A DNA stretch of 64,000 nt, from positions 99,822,001-99,886,000 of the forward strand of contig CM059431.1 of NCBI GenBank assembly GCA_030390025.1, written 5' to 3'. Position 1 is the first letter of the stretch, and each line of letters opens with the position of its first letter. This stretch comes from Squalus acanthias (lineage: Eukaryota). Shown here piece after piece: positions 1-12,389 of this stretch. Made by a program: the position numbers and the translations under genes. Below the pieces are notes generated by a model, which saw only the letters and a list, made by a program, of their open reading frames with translations, did no database searches and was not told the DNA's origin.

Positions 1-3000
1 CCCTCCGACAATGCGGTGCTCCCTCAGCAATGCCCCTCTGACAGTGCGGCGCTCCCTCAGTACTGCCCCTTCGACAGTGCGGCGCTCCCTCAGCAATGCC
101 CCTCCGACAGTGCAGCGCTCCCTCAGTACTGCACCTCCGACAGTGCGGCGCTCCCTCAGTACTGCCCCTCCGACAGTGCGCGTCTCCCTCAGTACTGCCC
201 CTCCGACAGTGCAGCACTCCCTCAGTACTGCACCTCCGACAGTGCAGCGCTCCCTCAGTATTGCCCCTCCGACAGTGCGGGGCTCCCTCAGTACTGCCCC
301 TCCGACAGTGCGGCACTCCGTCAGTACTGCCCCTCTGACAGTGCGGCGCTCCCCCAGTACTGTCCCTCCGACAGTGCGGCGCTCCCTCAGTACTGCCCCT
401 CCGACAGTGCAGCGCTCCCTCAGTACTGCCCCTCCGACAGTGTGGCACTCCCTCAGTACTGCCCCTCCGACAGTGCAGCGCTCCCTCAGCACTGCCCCTC
501 CGACAGTGCGGCGCTCTCACAGTACCGCCCCTCCAACAGTGCAGCGATCCCTCAGCACTGCCCCTCCAACAGTGCAGTGCTCCCTCATTACTGTCCCTCC
601 AACACTGCGGCGCTCCCTCATTACTGCCCCTCCGACAGTGCGGCGCTCCCTCAGTACTGGACCTCTGACAGTGCAGCACTCCCTCAGTACTGCACCTCTG
701 ACAGTGCAGCGCTCCCTCAGTGCCGCCCCCCCGACAGTGCGGCGCTCCCTCAGTACTGCCCCTCCGACAGTGCGGCGCTGCGTCAGTACTGCCCCTCCGA
801 CAGTGCGGGGCTCCCTCAGTACTGCCCCTCCGACAGTGCAGCGCTCCCTCAGCACTGCCCCTCCGACAGTGCGGCGCTCTCTCAGTACTGCCCCTCCAAA
901 AGTGCAGCGTTCCCTCAGCACTGCCCTTCCGACAGTGCAGCGCTCCCTCAGCACTGCCCCTCCGACAGTGCGGCACTCCCTAAGTACTGGCCCTTCGACA
1001 GTGCGGTGCTCCCTCAGCAATGCCCCTCTGACAGTGCGGCGCTCCCTCAGTACTGCCCCTTCGACAGTGCGGCGCTCCCTCAGCAATGCCCCTCCGACAG
1101 TGCAGCGCTCCCTCAGTACTGCACCTCCGACAGTGCGGCGCTCCCTCAGTACTGCCCCTCCGACAGTGCGCGTCTCCCTCAGTACTGCCCCTCCGACAGT
1201 GCAGCACTCCCTCAGTACTGCACCTCCGACAGTGCAGCGCTCCCTCAGTACTGCCCCTCCGACAGTGCGGGGCTCCCTCAGTACTGCCCCTCCGACAGTG
1301 CGGCACTCCGTCAGTACTGCCCCTCTGACAGTGCGGCGCTCCCCCAGTACTGTCCCTCCGACAGTGCGGCGCTCCCTCAGTACTGCCCCTCCGACAGTGC
1401 AGCGCTCCCTCAGTACTGCCCCTCCGACAGTGTGGCACTCCCTCAGTACTGCCCCTCCGACAGTGCAGCGCTCCCTCAGCACTGCCCCTCCGACAGTGCG
1501 GCGCTCTCTCAGTACCGCCCCTCCAACAGTGCAGCGATCCCTCAGCACTGCCCCTCCAACAGTGCAGTGCTCCCTCATTACTGTCCCTCCAACACTGCGG
1601 CGCTCCCTCATTACTGCCCCTCCGACAGTGCGGCGCTCCCTCAGTACTGGACCTCTGACAGTGCAGCACTCCCTCAGTACTGCACCTCTGACAGTGCAGC
1701 GCTCCCTCAGTGCCGCCCCCCCGACAGTGCGGCGCTCCCTCAGTACTGCCCCTCCGACAGTGCGGTGCTGCGTCAGTACTGCCCCTCCGACAGTGCGGGG
1801 CTCCCTCAGTACTGCCCCTCCGACAGTGCGGCACTCCGTCAGTACTGCCCCTCTGACAGTGCGGCGCTCCCTCAGTACTGCCCCTCTGACAGTGCGGCAC
1901 TCCCTCAGTACTGCCCCTCCGACAGTGCAGCGCTCCCTCAGCACTGCCCCTCCGACAGTGCGGCGCTCTCTCAGTACTGCCCCTCCAAAAGTGCAGCGTT
2001 CCCTCAGCACTGCCCCTCCGACAGTGCAGCGCTCCCTCAGCACTGCCCCTCCGACAGTGCGGTACTCCCTCAGTACTGGCCCTTCGACAGTGCGGCGCTC
2101 CCTCACTACTGGCCCTTCGACAATGCGGCGCTCCCTCAGTACTGCCCTTCCGACAGTGCGGCGCTCCCTCAGTACTGCCCCTCTGACAGTGCGGCACTCC
2201 CTCCGTACTGCCCCTTCGAGTGCGGCGCTCCCTCAGTACGGCCCCTCCGACAGTGCGGCACTCCCTCAGTATTGCCCCTCCGACATTGAGGTGCTCCCTC
2301 AGTACTGCCCCTCCGACAGTGCGGCACTCCCTCAGTACTGCCCCTCAGACTGCGGCACTCCCTCAGTACTGCACCTCCGACAGTGCAGCGCTCCCTCAGT
2401 ACTGCCCCTCCGACAGTGCGGGGCTCCCTCAGTACTGCCCCTCCGACAGTGCGGCACTCCGTCAGTACTGCCCCTCCGACAATGCGGCGCTCCGTCAGTA
2501 CTGCCCCTCCGACAGTGCGGCGCTCCGTCAGTACTGCCCCTCCGACAGTGCGGCGCTCCCTCAGTACTGGCCCTTCGACAGTGCGGCGCTCCCTCACTAC
2601 TGGCCCTTCGACAATGCGGCGCTCCCTCAGTACTGCCCTTCTGACAGTGCGGCGCTCCCTCAGTACTGCCCCTCCGACAGTGCGGCACTCCCTCCGTACT
2701 GCCCCTTCGAGTGCGGCGCTCCCTCATTACGGCCCCTCCGACAGTGCGGCACTCCCTCAGTATTGCCCCTCCGACATTGAGGCGCTCCCTCAGTACTGCC
2801 CCTTCCGACAGTGCGGCACTCCCTCAGTACTGCCCCTCCGACAGTGCGGTGCTCCCTCAGTACTGCCCCTCCGACAGTGCGGCACTCCCTCCGTACTGCC
2901 CCTTCGAGTGCGGCGCTCCCTCAGTACGGCCCCTCCGACAGTGCGGCACTCCCTCAGTATTGCCCCTCCGACATTGAGGCGCTCCCTCAGTACTGCCCCT

Positions 3001-5140
3001 CCGACAGTGCGGCACTCCCTCAGTACTGCCCCTCCGACAGTGCGGCGCTCCCTCAGTACTGCCCCTCCGACAGTGCGGGTCTCCCTCAGTACTGCACCTC
3101 CGACAGTGCAGCGCTCCCTCAGTACTGCACCTCCGACAGTGCGGCGCTCCCTCAGTACTGCCCCTCCGACAGTGCGGGTCTCCCTCAGTACTTCTGCCTC
3201 CGACAGTGCAGCACTCCCTCAGTACTGCACCTCCGACAGTGCAGGCGCTCCGTCAGTACTGCCCCTCCGACAGTGCGGGGCTCCCTCAGTACTGCCCCTC
3301 CGACAGTGCGGCACTCCGTCAGTACTGCCCCTCTGACAGTGCGGCGCTCCCTCAGTACTGTCCCTCCGACAGTGCGGCGCTCCCTCAGTACTGCCCCTCC
3401 GACAGTGCAGCGCTCCCTCAGTACTGCCCCTCCGACAGTGTGGCACTCCCTCAGTACTGCCCCTCCGACAGTGCAGCGCTCCCTCAGCACTGCCCCTCCG
3501 ACAGTGCGGCGCTCTCTCAGTACTGCCCCTCCAACAGTGCAGCGATCCCTCAGCACTGCCCCTCCGACAGTGCAGTGCTCCCTCATTACTGTCCCTCCAA
3601 CACTGCGGCGCTCCCTCATTACTGCCCCTCCGACAGTGCGGCGCTCCCTCAGTACTGCACCTCTGACAGTGCAGCACTCCCTCAGTACTGCACCTCTGAC
3701 AGTGCAGCGCTCCCTCAGTGCCGCCCCCCCGACAGTGCGGCGCTCCCTCAGTACTGCCCCTCCGACAGTGCGGCGCTGCGTCAGTACTGCCCCTCCGACA
3801 GTGCGGGGCTCCCTCAGTACTGCCCCTCCGACAGTGCGGCACTCCGTCAGTACTGCCCCTCTGACAGTGCGGCGCTCCATCAGTACTGCCCCTCCGACAG
3901 TGCGGCACTCCCTCAGTACTGCCCCTCCGACAGTGCAGCGCTCCCTCAGCACTGCCCCTCCGACAGTGCGGCGCTCTCTCAGTACTGCCCCTCCAAAAGT
4001 GCAGCGTTCCCTCAGCACTGCCCCTCCGACAGTGCAGCGCTCCCTCAGCACTGCCCCTCCGACAGTGCGGCACTCCCTCAGTACTGGCCCTTCGACAGTG
4101 CGGCGCTCCCTCACTACTGGCCCTTCGACAATGCGGCGCTCCCTCAGTACTGCCCTTCCGACAGTGCGGCGCTCCCTCAGTACTGCCCCTCCGACAGTGC
4201 GGCACTCCCTCCGTACTGCCCCTTCGAGTGCGGCGCTCCCTCAGTACGGCCCCTCCGACAGTGCGGCACTCCCTCAGTATTGCCCCTCCGACAGTGCAGC
4301 ACTCCCTCAGTACTGCCCCTCCGACATTGAGGTGCTCCCTCAGTACTGCCCCTCCGACAGTGCGGCACTCCCTCAGTACTGCCCCTCCGACAGTGCGGCA
4401 CTCCCTCAGTACTGCACCTCCGACAGTGCAGCGCTCCCTCAGTACTGCCCCTCCGACAGTGCGGCACTCCGTCAGTACTGCCCCTCCGACAGTGCGGCGC
4501 TCCGTCAGTACTGCCCCTCCGACAGTGCGGCGCTCCGTCAGTACTGCCCCTCCGACAGTGCGGCGCTCCCTCAGTACTGTCCCTCCGACAGTGCAGCGCT
4601 CCCTCAGCACTGCCCCTCCGACAGTGCGGCGCTCCCTCAGCACTGCCCCTCCAACAGTGCAGCGCTCCCTCAGTACTGCTCCTCTGACAGTGCAGCACTC
4701 CCTCAGTACTGCCCCTCTGACAGTGCAGCGCTCCCTCAGCACTGCCCCTCCGACAGTGCGGCGCTCCCTCAGTACTGCCCCTCCGACAGTGCGGCACTCC
4801 GTCAGAACTGCCCCTCCGACAGTGCAGCGCCCCCTCAGTCCTGGCCCTTCGACAGTGCGGCGCTCCCTCAGCACTGCCCCTCGACAGTGCAGCACTCCGT
4901 CAGTACTGCCCCTCCGACAGTGCGGCGCTCCCTCAGTACTGGCCCTTCGACAGTGTGGCGCTCCCTCAGCACTGCCCCTCCGACAGTGCAGCGCTCCCTC
5001 AGTACTGCCCCTCCGACAGTGCGGCGCTCCCTCAGTACTGCCCCTCCGACAGTGCGGCGCTGCCTCAGTACTGCCCCTCCGACAGTGCGGCGCTCCCTCA
5101 GTACTGCCCCTCCGACAGTGCGGCGCTGCCTCAGCACTGC
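1..5140 (-). repeat. 33-bp minisatellite (+ strand CAGTACTGCCCCTCCGACAGTGCGGCGCTCCCT), >=155 units, expanded inside a minus-strand DeuSINE; runs off the left edge
   Basis: Direct 33-bp periodicity. At ~5130-5205 it passes into the reverse complement of the SINE 5' part. It explains all long ORFs in 1-5200. Confidence 0.97.
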
Positions 5141-5205
5141 ACTGGGAGTGTCAGCCTGGATTATGTGCTCAGGTCTCTGGAGTGGGGCTGTGAACCCATG
5201 ACCTT
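5130..5205 (-). mobile_element. 5' part (B-box region) of the DeuSINE hosting the 33-bp array
   Basis: Reverse complement reads ggttcacagccccactccagagacctgagcacataatccaggctgacactcccagtgcag, matching the SINE copy at 5790-5850. Confidence 0.9.
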
Positions 5206-5737
5206 GATTAAATGAAATATCAATGTAACAAAACTAATTGTGCCCGTGCCAATAACATGGACTCACTTCCTGCTGCCTGAGATTAAAACGCAATATTGCC
5301 GGGGCCTACCTGCTGCAGACACTTAAAGTGGATCCTTTTAAAATACAACACTATAATTAACGATAGAATTGCTCAAACCCTGACAACTGGCTGACTTTAT
5401 TTGCATTTTAAGCTCACTATGCTCTGGATGAAAGAAAGCATTATGTTTAACTAATCCTTGAGCAAAACATTCTGCCTATTCTCACAGTTTAAACATCACC
5501 GATCCACCATTTTAAATTCAGAGTGATTGAACAACCACCATTTTAATCTGGGTTAGCATAGTTTGTCTATCATTTATAAATGGTATTTTCCAAGGCAAAT
5601 GTGTTATTTCTAGTCACATTGAAGGATTTACAGGGACCAGGTAGGCAGAAACTGAATTCTGATTTGTAAAGGCACAGTCCATACACTGTTGGTTTTCAGT
5701 AATACTGATATGCTGGTAACCCAATGATGTCTTCAGG

Positions 5738-6425
5738 TGTCAGCCGTGGCTCAGTGGGCAGCACTCTCGCCTCTGAGTCAGAAGGTTGTGGGTTCAAGTC
5801 CCACTCCAGAGACTTGAGCACATAATCCAGGCTGACACTCCCAGTGCAGTGCTGAGGGAGCGCAGCACTGTCGGAGGTTCTGTCTTTCAGATGAGATCTT
5901 AAATCGAGGTCCCACCTGCTCTCTCAGGTGGATCATAAGAAATAGGAGCAGGAGTAGGCCATACAGCCCTTCAAGCCTGCTCCACCATCAACTCCACTTT
6001 CCCGCCTAATCCTTGAGTCCAAAAATCTATCGATCTCAGCCTTGAATATATGAACAACTGAGCATCCACAGCCCTCTGAGAATTCCAAAGATTCATGACC
6101 CTCTGACTGAAGAAATTTCCCCTCAATTCAGTCCTAAATGGCCAACACCTTATCCTGAGACTAAGCCCACTATTCGAAGAAGAGCAGGGGAGTTATCCCT
6201 GGTGTCCTGGCCAACATTTATCCCTCAACCAACATCACTAAAACAAACCGATTATCTGGTTAGCATCACATTGCTGTTTGTGGGAGCTAGCTGTGCAGAA
6301 TTGGTTGCCGTGTTTCCTACATTACAACAGTGACTACACTTCAAAAAGTACTTCATTGGCTGTAAAGCGCTTTGGGACATCCTGAGGTCGTGAAAGGCGC
6401 TGTAGAAATGCAAGTTCATTCTTTC
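5738..6425 (+). mobile_element. DeuSINE (SacSINE1/AmnSINE1-related tRNA-head SINE) interrupted by a minus-strand CR1 3'-tail fragment (~5935-6165)
   Basis: Pol III A box TGGCTCAGTGG and B box GGTTCAAGTCC; Deu-like core (gaagagcaggggagtt...ggtgtcctggcc); tail aaagcgctttggga...aaggcgct...aaatgcaag. Confidence 0.85.
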
Positions 6426-6439
6426 TTATTTACCAAAGG

Positions 6440-8212
6440 ATTTTCTTGATATATATTAATGACTTGGATGTGGGTGTACAGGGCACAATTTCAAAATTTG
6501 CAGATGACACAAAACTTGGAAGTACAGTGAGGAGGTTAGGGATCGATTTCAAGAGGACATTGACAGACTGGTGGAATGGGTGGACACGTGGCAGATGAAA
6601 TTTAACGCAGAAAAGTGCGAAGTGATACATTTTGATAGGAAGAACGAGGAGAGGCAATATAAACTAAATGGTACAATCCTGAAGGGGGTGCATGAACAGA
6701 AAGACCTGGGGGTATGTGTGCACAAATCATTGAAGGTGGCAGGGCAGGTTGAGAAAGCAGTTAAAAAGCAGACGGGATCCTGGGCTTCATAAATAGAGGC
6801 GAAGGGCTGGATTTTCCAAGCCCCGAGGAGGTGGGTATGGAGGCGGGACTGCCGGTAAACTCGGAGAAAGTGGGGGCGGATGGCAAACCTTTTGCCAGGA
6901 GGCGGGAAGATGTGCAGCTTCGGGTCCCGTCTCCTGGAGGCGGGAAAGGCATTTAATCCTTTTAACTGCCTGTTAACAGGCAGAAAAAAGGATTAGTGCC
7001 ATTTTACCTTCACAGGTGAAGGCTTCCCAACCTCGGAGAACCCCGCCGGGTTGGAGGAGACGTGGAGGAGGTCTGCGGGGGTCGGAGGCACCTGGAAGTG
7101 AGATGTAGAGGTGAGTGATGGGTGCAAGTGTGGAGTGGTAAGTATGCAAGGTGAGTGATAAGTTTAAAAAAATGTTCAGTTACCTTGTTTTCTTCCTACA
7201 GCCTTTAGCCGCGGTGGATTGGGAGAGCCGACATCCTCCTTGTCAATTTCACAGACTGGCTGTTCGAACCTCCGAACCAACAGCCATGTGAAATTTACAA
7301 AGTTGAAAGGTTTGATGAGTCCTGAACACAAGAACTCATCAAACTAAAGAGAATGTCAGTGTTTGGCAGCTTCACAGAGCTGTCAAATGCTAACATTTCT
7401 AACACGTCTGACGTTGGACGTGCTCTGTCAGTGACTTCCTCCCTAATTGGCCTGCTGAGCCCGCAGGGCGGGTTTAACAAGCTCAATCAGGGGAAAATCC
7501 CTCTGGTTGGTCAGGCGAGGATAGAGGTGGAACATTGACATGACAAGCAGCAGTCCCGTCTCTAACTCGTCTCCATTCACAAAATCCAGCCCATAGAGTA
7601 CAAAAGCAAGGAAGTTATGATGAACCTTTATAAAACACTGGTTCGGCCTCAACTGGAGTATTGTGTCCAATTCTGGGCACCACACTTTAGGAAGGATGTG
7701 AAGGCCTTAGAGAGGGTGCAGAAAAGAGGGTCCAGGGATGAGGGACTTCAGTTACATGGATAGACTGGAGAAGCTGGGGTTGTTCTCCTTCGAGCAAAGA
7801 AGGTTGAGAGGAGATTTGATAGAGATGTTCAAAATCATGAGGGGTCGAGACAGAGTAGATAGAAAGAAACTGTTCCCATTGGCAGAAGGGTCGAGAACCA
7901 GAGGACACAGATTTAAGGTGATTGGCAGAAGAACCAAAGGCGACATGAGGAAAAACTTTTTTCCGCAGCGAGTGGTTAGGATCTGGAATGCACTGCCTGA
8001 AAGGATGGTGGAGGCAGATTCAATCATGGCTTTCAAAAGGGAGTTGGATAAGTACCTGAAGGAAAAAAATTCACAGGGCTACGGGGAAAGGGCGGGGGAG
8101 TGGGACTAGCTGAAGTGCTCTTGCAGAGAGCTGGCACGGGCTCGACGGGCCGAATGGCCTCCTTCTGTGCTGTAACCATTCTATGATTGTATTCTATGAT
8201 TCTATGATTCTA
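6440..8212 (+). mobile_element. 5'-truncated CR1 LINE (RT C-terminus and 3' tail) split by a MITE
   Basis: [28 protein letters not shown] and LFSFEQRRLRGDL motifs; terminal (ATTCTATG)n. Confidence 0.93.
6804..7592. mobile_element. Non-autonomous Harbinger-like DNA element (MITE), 789 bp
   Basis: Perfect 12-bp terminal inverted repeats (TIRs) GGGCTGGATTTT/AAAATCCAGCCC. It interrupts CR1 at ...aatagaggc|atagagtacaaaag with 3 extra bases. Confidence 0.85.
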
Positions 8213-8552
8213 AAATACTGAACCTCCCTGTATCACTGGTCCCACTGAATGTTAGAAGTAATTCTATGTTCTGTTATTATAGCTAACTGTGACTAACCTA
8301 AATTTAATCTGCGAGACACCCGATCTCTTCACATCTGCTGTTGTTGCATTCCTCTCTCATTAGGCTGTGACTAGTCAATTAATCCTTTAATCCCCATTCT
8401 GGCACATTTCAGTTGCCTTTTCCATTCTTGCCTTGAATCTGTTTGTTCTCAGTTACTATCTAGTTTCCTGTTGGGTCCTTGTTTATTTTAGAAAGCATCC
8501 TTAATTTCACCGCCAATTTATCAGCTGAAAAGAGGATTCCAGCACAACAGTC

Positions 8553-9030
8553 AACCACAGCTTGCATTCATACAGCGCTCTTAACGTAGTAAAACATCCC
8601 AAGGCGCTTCACAGGAGCGATTATCAGACAAAATTTGACACCGAACCACTTAAAGAGATATTAGGACAGGTGACCAAAAGCTTGCTTAAAGAGGGAGGTT
8701 TTAAGGAGTGTCTTAAAGGAGGAGAGAGAGGTGGAGAGGTTTAGGGAGGGAATTCCAGAGCTTGGGGCCCAGGCAGCTGAAGGCACGGCCGCCAGTGGTG
8801 GGGCGATTAAAATCGGGGATGCGCGAGAAGCCACAATTGGAGGAGCGCAGAGATCTCGGAGGGTTGTGGGGCTGTAGGAGATTACAGAGATAAGGAGGGG
8901 CGAGGCCATGGAGGGATTTGAACACAAGGATGAGAATTTTGAAATCGGGGCGTTGCTTAACCAGGAGCCAATGTAGGTCAGCGAGCACAGGGATGACACG
9001 GGTGAACGGGACTTGGAGCGAGTTAGGATT
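8553..9030 (-). mobile_element. L2-clade LINE 3' fragment
   Basis: ORF2 C-terminus PVLADLHWL...KILILVFKSLHGLAPPYL...GGRAFS...PKLWNSLP; tail shared with the other L2 copies. Confidence 0.88.
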
Positions 9031-9940
9031 GGCCCCTAGTGTTGGTTGTCCCCACAATGGAAACATCTTCTCTGTGTCTACCCTAGCAAACCCTTTCTTA
9101 ATTTTAAAAGACCTCTAACAGGTCACCCCTCAGCCTTCTCTTTTCTAGAGAAAAGAGCCCCAGCCTGTTCAGTCTTTCCTGATAGTTACAATCTCACAGT
9201 TCTGGTATACATCATCTTAAGGATTAAAAAAATGGTAGCTGCATTCTACACCTTTGTGTTATATTCCTGTTGGAAAGATCTAGAAGCAGAATGTCATGCT
9301 CCTTGCTCTACAAGGCAAAAGATTTATTGGAAGATATTAATTTCTCAATGAAAATAATTTAATCTAATTCTATCGAGTAGATAAATATGCTTAATAAGGA
9401 TTGCAAAGAAACAACTGTTATTACATTATACAAATCTCTGTTCCTGAATGTAGGCTAATCTTCATATCTTTACTAGGAAAATACCTTTGTTGAACAGGTA
9501 ACTGGTTGATTAATTTATTCCCCACCCCACCTGTTATGTTAATTGAGATCATCAGCATTTAAAATAAAATATATTCTTTAGCTATCAGGTTTATAGAATC
9601 ATAGAAATTTACAGCACAGAAAGAGGCCATTCGGCCCATCGTGTCTGTGCCGGCCGACAAAGAACTATCCAGCCTAATCCCACTTTCCAGCTCTTGGTCC
9701 GTAGCCCTGCAGGTTACGGCACTTCAAGTGCATATCCAAGTACTTTTTAAATGTGATGAGGGTTTCTGTCTCGACCACCCTTTCAGGCAGTGAGTTCCAG
9801 ACCCCCACCACCCTCTGGGTGAAAACATTTTTCCTCAACTCCCCTCTAATCCTTCTACCAATTATTTTAAATCTATGCCCCCTGGTTATTGACCTCTCTG
9901 CTAAGGGAAATAGGTCCTTCCTATCCACTCTATCTAGGTT
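9030..9940 (-). mobile_element. Two CR1 fragments (~9030-9210 and ~9594-9940 with tail)
   Basis: TRGHRFK...FTQRVVGVWNSLP...AGKWD* and the CR1 tail. Confidence 0.85.
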
Positions 9941-10157
9941 CAGTGAAGGTGCACATTAAGGATGAAATCTATATTTGCACTTCAGTGCAGGTAATGTTCT
10001 GAATTTTCACAATGAGAAAGATGGACATGATGATCTAGAATGATTCCACCCAGCAAACTATGACAGATTCTAGTCCCTTGCCAATAGCGCTATAGTCGTA
10101 TAACACAGTGGCTTCCAAGGCGGAGTTCTTTACGTCATAGAGGCTTACAAACATCTT

Positions 10158-10828
10158 GGCCTAGAAATTCGGGCGCGCCTATTTCTGGGCGCCTTACCCG
10201 CAGAGTGTCAACAGCTCAAATAGGGAGGTCCGAGGAGCCCCGGATTTTGGGCCTCGGACTTCGTCATAATGTAGATGGCGCCATGGGAGGAGCCCGCACC
10301 GGTCAGTGCTCCGCCTTGCAGGTGAGTGATTGGGTTGGATCGCAGGGAGTTCTGGAGGAGGAACGATCGTCCTTGGAGTCGGTGGTCAGGGTTCGGTGGG
10401 GGATCGGGTAGTAAGATCGCAGGCCTCGGGAGTACTGTTGGGGGGGGGGTCGGGAGTGCTGTCGGTGGGGGGAGGGGGGTGCTAGGAGGTCGGGGCTGGG
10501 TGGGGGGAGGGAGATTGCGGGGGGCTAGGAGGTCGGAGACAGCACTGGGGCTGGCTGCCTCATGGCAAACCAAAGTTACAGCAGGGACCAGAACCAAGCA
10601 TTAGAACCCCCCCTCCCCCTTATCTGTATATGCAAATGGACTAACGCTTGCTTCAGGCGCGGGTAGAGGACGCCTCTTGTTTGTCCTTTACCAAGATGGC
10701 GTCCGGCGCGATTTGCTGCAGAAGCATGCGCGCGCGCGCATCGGACGCCATTTCGGTCCTCAAATGGCACCCGTGGCGCCCAAACAACGGTGGGGAGAGG
10801 GGGGGCTACCAATCCCAATTTCGCGCCC
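10158..10828. mobile_element. GC-rich Harbinger-like MITE
   Basis: Imperfect TIRs GGCCTAGAAATT / AATTTCGCGCCC (9/12 match), flanked by a 3-bp direct repeat CTT (10155-57, 10829-31). Confidence 0.65.
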
Positions 10829-11384
10829 CTTGTCATTTCGGAACATCCTACTGCACGAAACTCAGACGCTGAGGAGCGTTTAGTTGTCGAGCCGCAGGTT
10901 AACAAAGCTCGAGCTGTTCCACCAACAGGAAAAAATAATAACGCGATTGCCCGTTGTGGTGTACTTCTTAATAAGTATGCAAAAAGTGCACTGAGCACAA
11001 ACTGCAATTAGGAGATAAGGCTATTATCTTTGAATGCAAATTGGTGAAAGAGCTCCTCGCGTCAGATGCTGCTGGGGGGTGCAGATAAATCAATGCACGC
11101 TGGGAAAAATGAAGGGAGGAGAAATGAAATGCATTTCCAATGTCAGCTACTGTAGACCAAGGTGTCACTGGTGTAAGTCTTAACATTTATTTTTTGGTGA
11201 TGTTAGTGAACGGATGCTTAATGTGTTCTCCTGTATGACGTTCTTCTGCCTCTTGTTTTAATGTCAGTGTTAACTCATTCAAAATAAGAAGCCTTAAGCT
11301 TCTGTCAAGATAGTGGATGTAGTAAGAAAGAACATTAGCAGTACTTCCATTGGATCGCACTAGCAAGCATCTGGCATTGACACA

Positions 11385-12270
11385 AAGAAAGAAAGACTTT
11401 GCATTTCTCCAGCGCCTTTCACGACCTCAGGATGCCCCAAAGCACTTTACAGCCAATGAAGTACATTTTGGAGTGTAGTCACTGTTGTAAAGTAGGAAAC
11501 ACGGCAGCCAATTTCCACACAGCAAGCTCCCACAAACAGCAATGTGATAATGACCAGATAATCTGTTTTAGTGATGTTGGTTGAGGGATAGACATTGGCC
11601 AGGACACCGGGGAGAACTCCCCTGCTCTTCTTCTAAATAGTGCCGTGGGATCTTTTACGTCCACCTGAGAGCAGACGGGCCCTCGGTTTAACATCTCATC
11701 CGAAAGACGGCACCTCCGACAGTGCAGCACTCCCTCAGCCATGGCTCAGTGGGTTACACTCTCTCGCCTCTGAGTCAGAAGGTCGTGGGTTCACGTCCCA
11801 CTCCAGGGACTTGAGCACAAAAATCTAGGCTGACACTCCAGTGCAGTGCTGAGGGAGTGCTGCACTGTCGGAGGTGCCGTCTTTCGGATGAGACATTTAA
11901 ACTGAGGCCCCGTCTGCTCTCAGGTGGACGTAAAAGATCCCATGGCACTATTTCGAAGAAGAGCAGGGGAGTTCTCCCCGGTGTCCTGGGCCAATATTTA
12001 TCCCAACATCACTAAAACAGATTATCTGGTCATTGTCACATTGCTGTTCGTGGGAGCTTGCTGTGCACAAATTGGCTGCCGCGTTTCCCACATTACAACA
12101 GTGACTACACTTCAAAAAGTACTTCATTGGCTGTAAAGTGCTTTGGGACTGCCTGAGATCGTGAAAGGCGCTGGGGAAATGCATGTCAGCCTAGATTTCT
12201 GTGCTCAAATCTCATGAGTGGAACAACCCACTGACTTCAAGGCGAGAGCGATACCCACTGAGCCACAGCT
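11385..12270. mobile_element. Minus-strand DeuSINE (11385-11738 plus 12185-12270) with a plus-strand DeuSINE (~11736-12185) nested inside
   Basis: The two parts of the minus copy (tail/core and tRNA head) bracket a complete plus copy. Confidence 0.88.
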
Positions 12271-12389
12271 GTGTCAGGTGTAGAAGTAATGTTAGGTGGG
12301 TGGCAGCGAACTTGAGTTTAGAAAATCATAAAGATTGTAGGAGCAGTGGAAAACTGAGGAAGATGACCTGGATATTGGAATACGGAGTA

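Noticed and set aside
11..5215. Very long ORFs (up to 877 aa) on both strands
   Set aside because: A 33-bp unit lacks stops in several frames; the sequence is a SINE-derived tandem repeat, not a gene.
5738..5810. tRNA genes (also 11738, 40920, 44294)
   Set aside because: The A/B boxes run directly into SINE bodies; these are tRNA-derived heads.
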